DNA of 64,000 bases from Squalus acanthias. Taxonomy: Eukaryota. The DNA lies in NCBI GenBank assembly GCA_030390025.1, contig CM059432.1, positions 7,068,001-7,132,000 of the forward strand, written 5' to 3'. The stretch's first letter is position 1, and each line of letters starts with the position of its first letter. Shown piece after piece: positions 62,695 to 64,000 of the stretch. Made by a program: the position numbers and the translations under genes. The notes under the pieces were generated by a model that was given only the letters and a program-made list of their open reading frames with translations, was not told where the DNA came from and did no database searches.

Positions 62695-62916
62695 TTGTTC
62701 TTCTTAGGCAGTCCCTCGAGACCGAGGATGGCTTGCTTCCACATTAAAAATGAGTTCTCAGGTGACTGGTGAGTCCAATGCGGGACCTACAGTCTCTGTC
62801 ACAGGTGGGGCAGACGGTGGTTGAAGGGGCGGGTGGGTGGGGTGCTTGGGTGACGTGCGCTGTTTGCACTTGGCTTCCGCTTGCTCCCGGTGAAGAGACT
62901 CGAGGTGTTCTGCGCC
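62695..62916 (-). mobile_element. RTE-like LINE 3' end
   Basis: The reverse strand encodes VCPTCDRDCRSRIGLTSHLRTHF* (CxxC...HxxxH terminus), followed by an aagaagaacaac tail. Confidence 0.75.
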
Positions 62917-63470
62917 TTGTATAAAGCTCTTGTTAGACCCCATTTAGAGTACTGTGTTCAGTTCTGGGCACCACACCTCAGGAAGGATATACTGGCCTTG
63001 GAGGGGGTGCACGTTCATCAGAGTGATACCGCAGCTAAAAGGGTTAAATTATGAGGACAGATTGCATAGACTAGGCTTGTATTCCCTTGTGTATAAAAGA
63101 TTAGGAGATGATGTAATTGATGTGTTTAAAGGAGTTGATAAGGTAGATAGAGAGAAAAAAAATTTCTCTGGAGAGGGGAGTCCAGAACAAGAGGGCATAA
63201 CCTTAAAATTAGAGCTAGTTCAAGGGTGATGTCAGGAAGCACTTCTTGACACAAAGGGTAGTGGAAATCTGGAACTCTCTCCTCCAAAAAGCTGTTGAGG
63301 CTGGGGATCAATTGAAAATTTCAAAACTGAGATTGATGGATTTTTGATAGGCAAAGGTATTAATGGATATGGAGCAAAGGTGGGTGAATGGAGTTAAGAT
63401 ACAGGTCAGCCATGATCTAACTGAACGGCGGAACAGGCTCGAGGGGTTAAATGGCCTACTCATGTTCCTA
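62917..63470 (+). mobile_element. CR1 LINE 3' fragment
   Basis: [18 protein letters not shown] plus a CR1 3' UTR. Confidence 0.85.
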
Positions 63471-63623
63471 TCTTCCCTCTAATTTTATTTTTCGAGCGCG
63501 GTCCCTTTAACTGGCTGCGCGGCCCATTCAAATTTTCGTGCATGCGCGGTTTCTCCCATGTAAAAGCCCGTGAGCGGCCTGCGCGGGACCTCCAGGCGGC
63601 CGCACAGCTTAACAGGAACGTTG
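63461..63623. mobile_element. Small GC-rich TIR-like insert in a CR1 tail
   Basis: Left ...ttccctctaa and right ttaacaggaacgttg are partly complementary; the CR1 tail resumes as ctcctgttcctatgttcc. Confidence 0.4.
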
Positions 63624-64000
63624 CTCCTGTTCCTATGTTCCTAATCAACACGGAGTATTTGAAAAATCAACTGCTGCAGTAGGCTGAGTTTAGTGAGACC
63701 CGTACACCAACAACTATGATGCTTACAAATGTGTTTCCTTGCGATAGTTCTTAAATGATGCATTAATCGCAGAAAAAATGCAAAAAGAAAAGATACAACT
63801 TGATTTTATATACAATCTACTCCTCTTGCTTTGAAGTTGCTTCATTCAAGTTACCTGCTCGTTCAACTTGAAATTGTGCAAAAAAAGTCTCCTGTTGAAA
63901 ATGCATTGGAACTTAAATGCTTAGTTCAGTCCTCTTAATTTGACGTAGAGTCATCCAGACTCGAGTCGTCGTTGGCTTGTTCTCTCTACACAGATGCGGC

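Overview
Eukaryotic (vertebrate) genomic DNA, most likely a cartilaginous fish; this is inferred from the repeat families, not proven. The window holds seven consecutive coding exons of VPS13B (COH1) on the + strand: 9968-10170, 12339-12540, 39436-39620, 43232-43428, 51343-51524, 55433-55782 and 60445-60606. All have AG/GT boundaries and compatible phases, giving one open frame. The gene runs off both ends of the window. The introns are mostly transposable elements: several CR1 LINE families (some nested), L2-like and RTE-like fragments, about 11 Deu-domain tRNA-SINEs, two other SINE families, GC-rich TIR elements (MITEs), and a Penelope-like (GIY-YIG) fragment. The most notable signal is a family of roughly 90-210 bp insertions, each flanked by an 8-17 bp target duplication. 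They correspond to the Penelope terminal repeat, and the longer copies carry a minimal hammerhead-ribozyme-like motif. Also notable are a candidate in-frame VPS13B microexon and a NAGNAG acceptor. Repeat boundaries are approximate, and family names come from recall rather than a database search.
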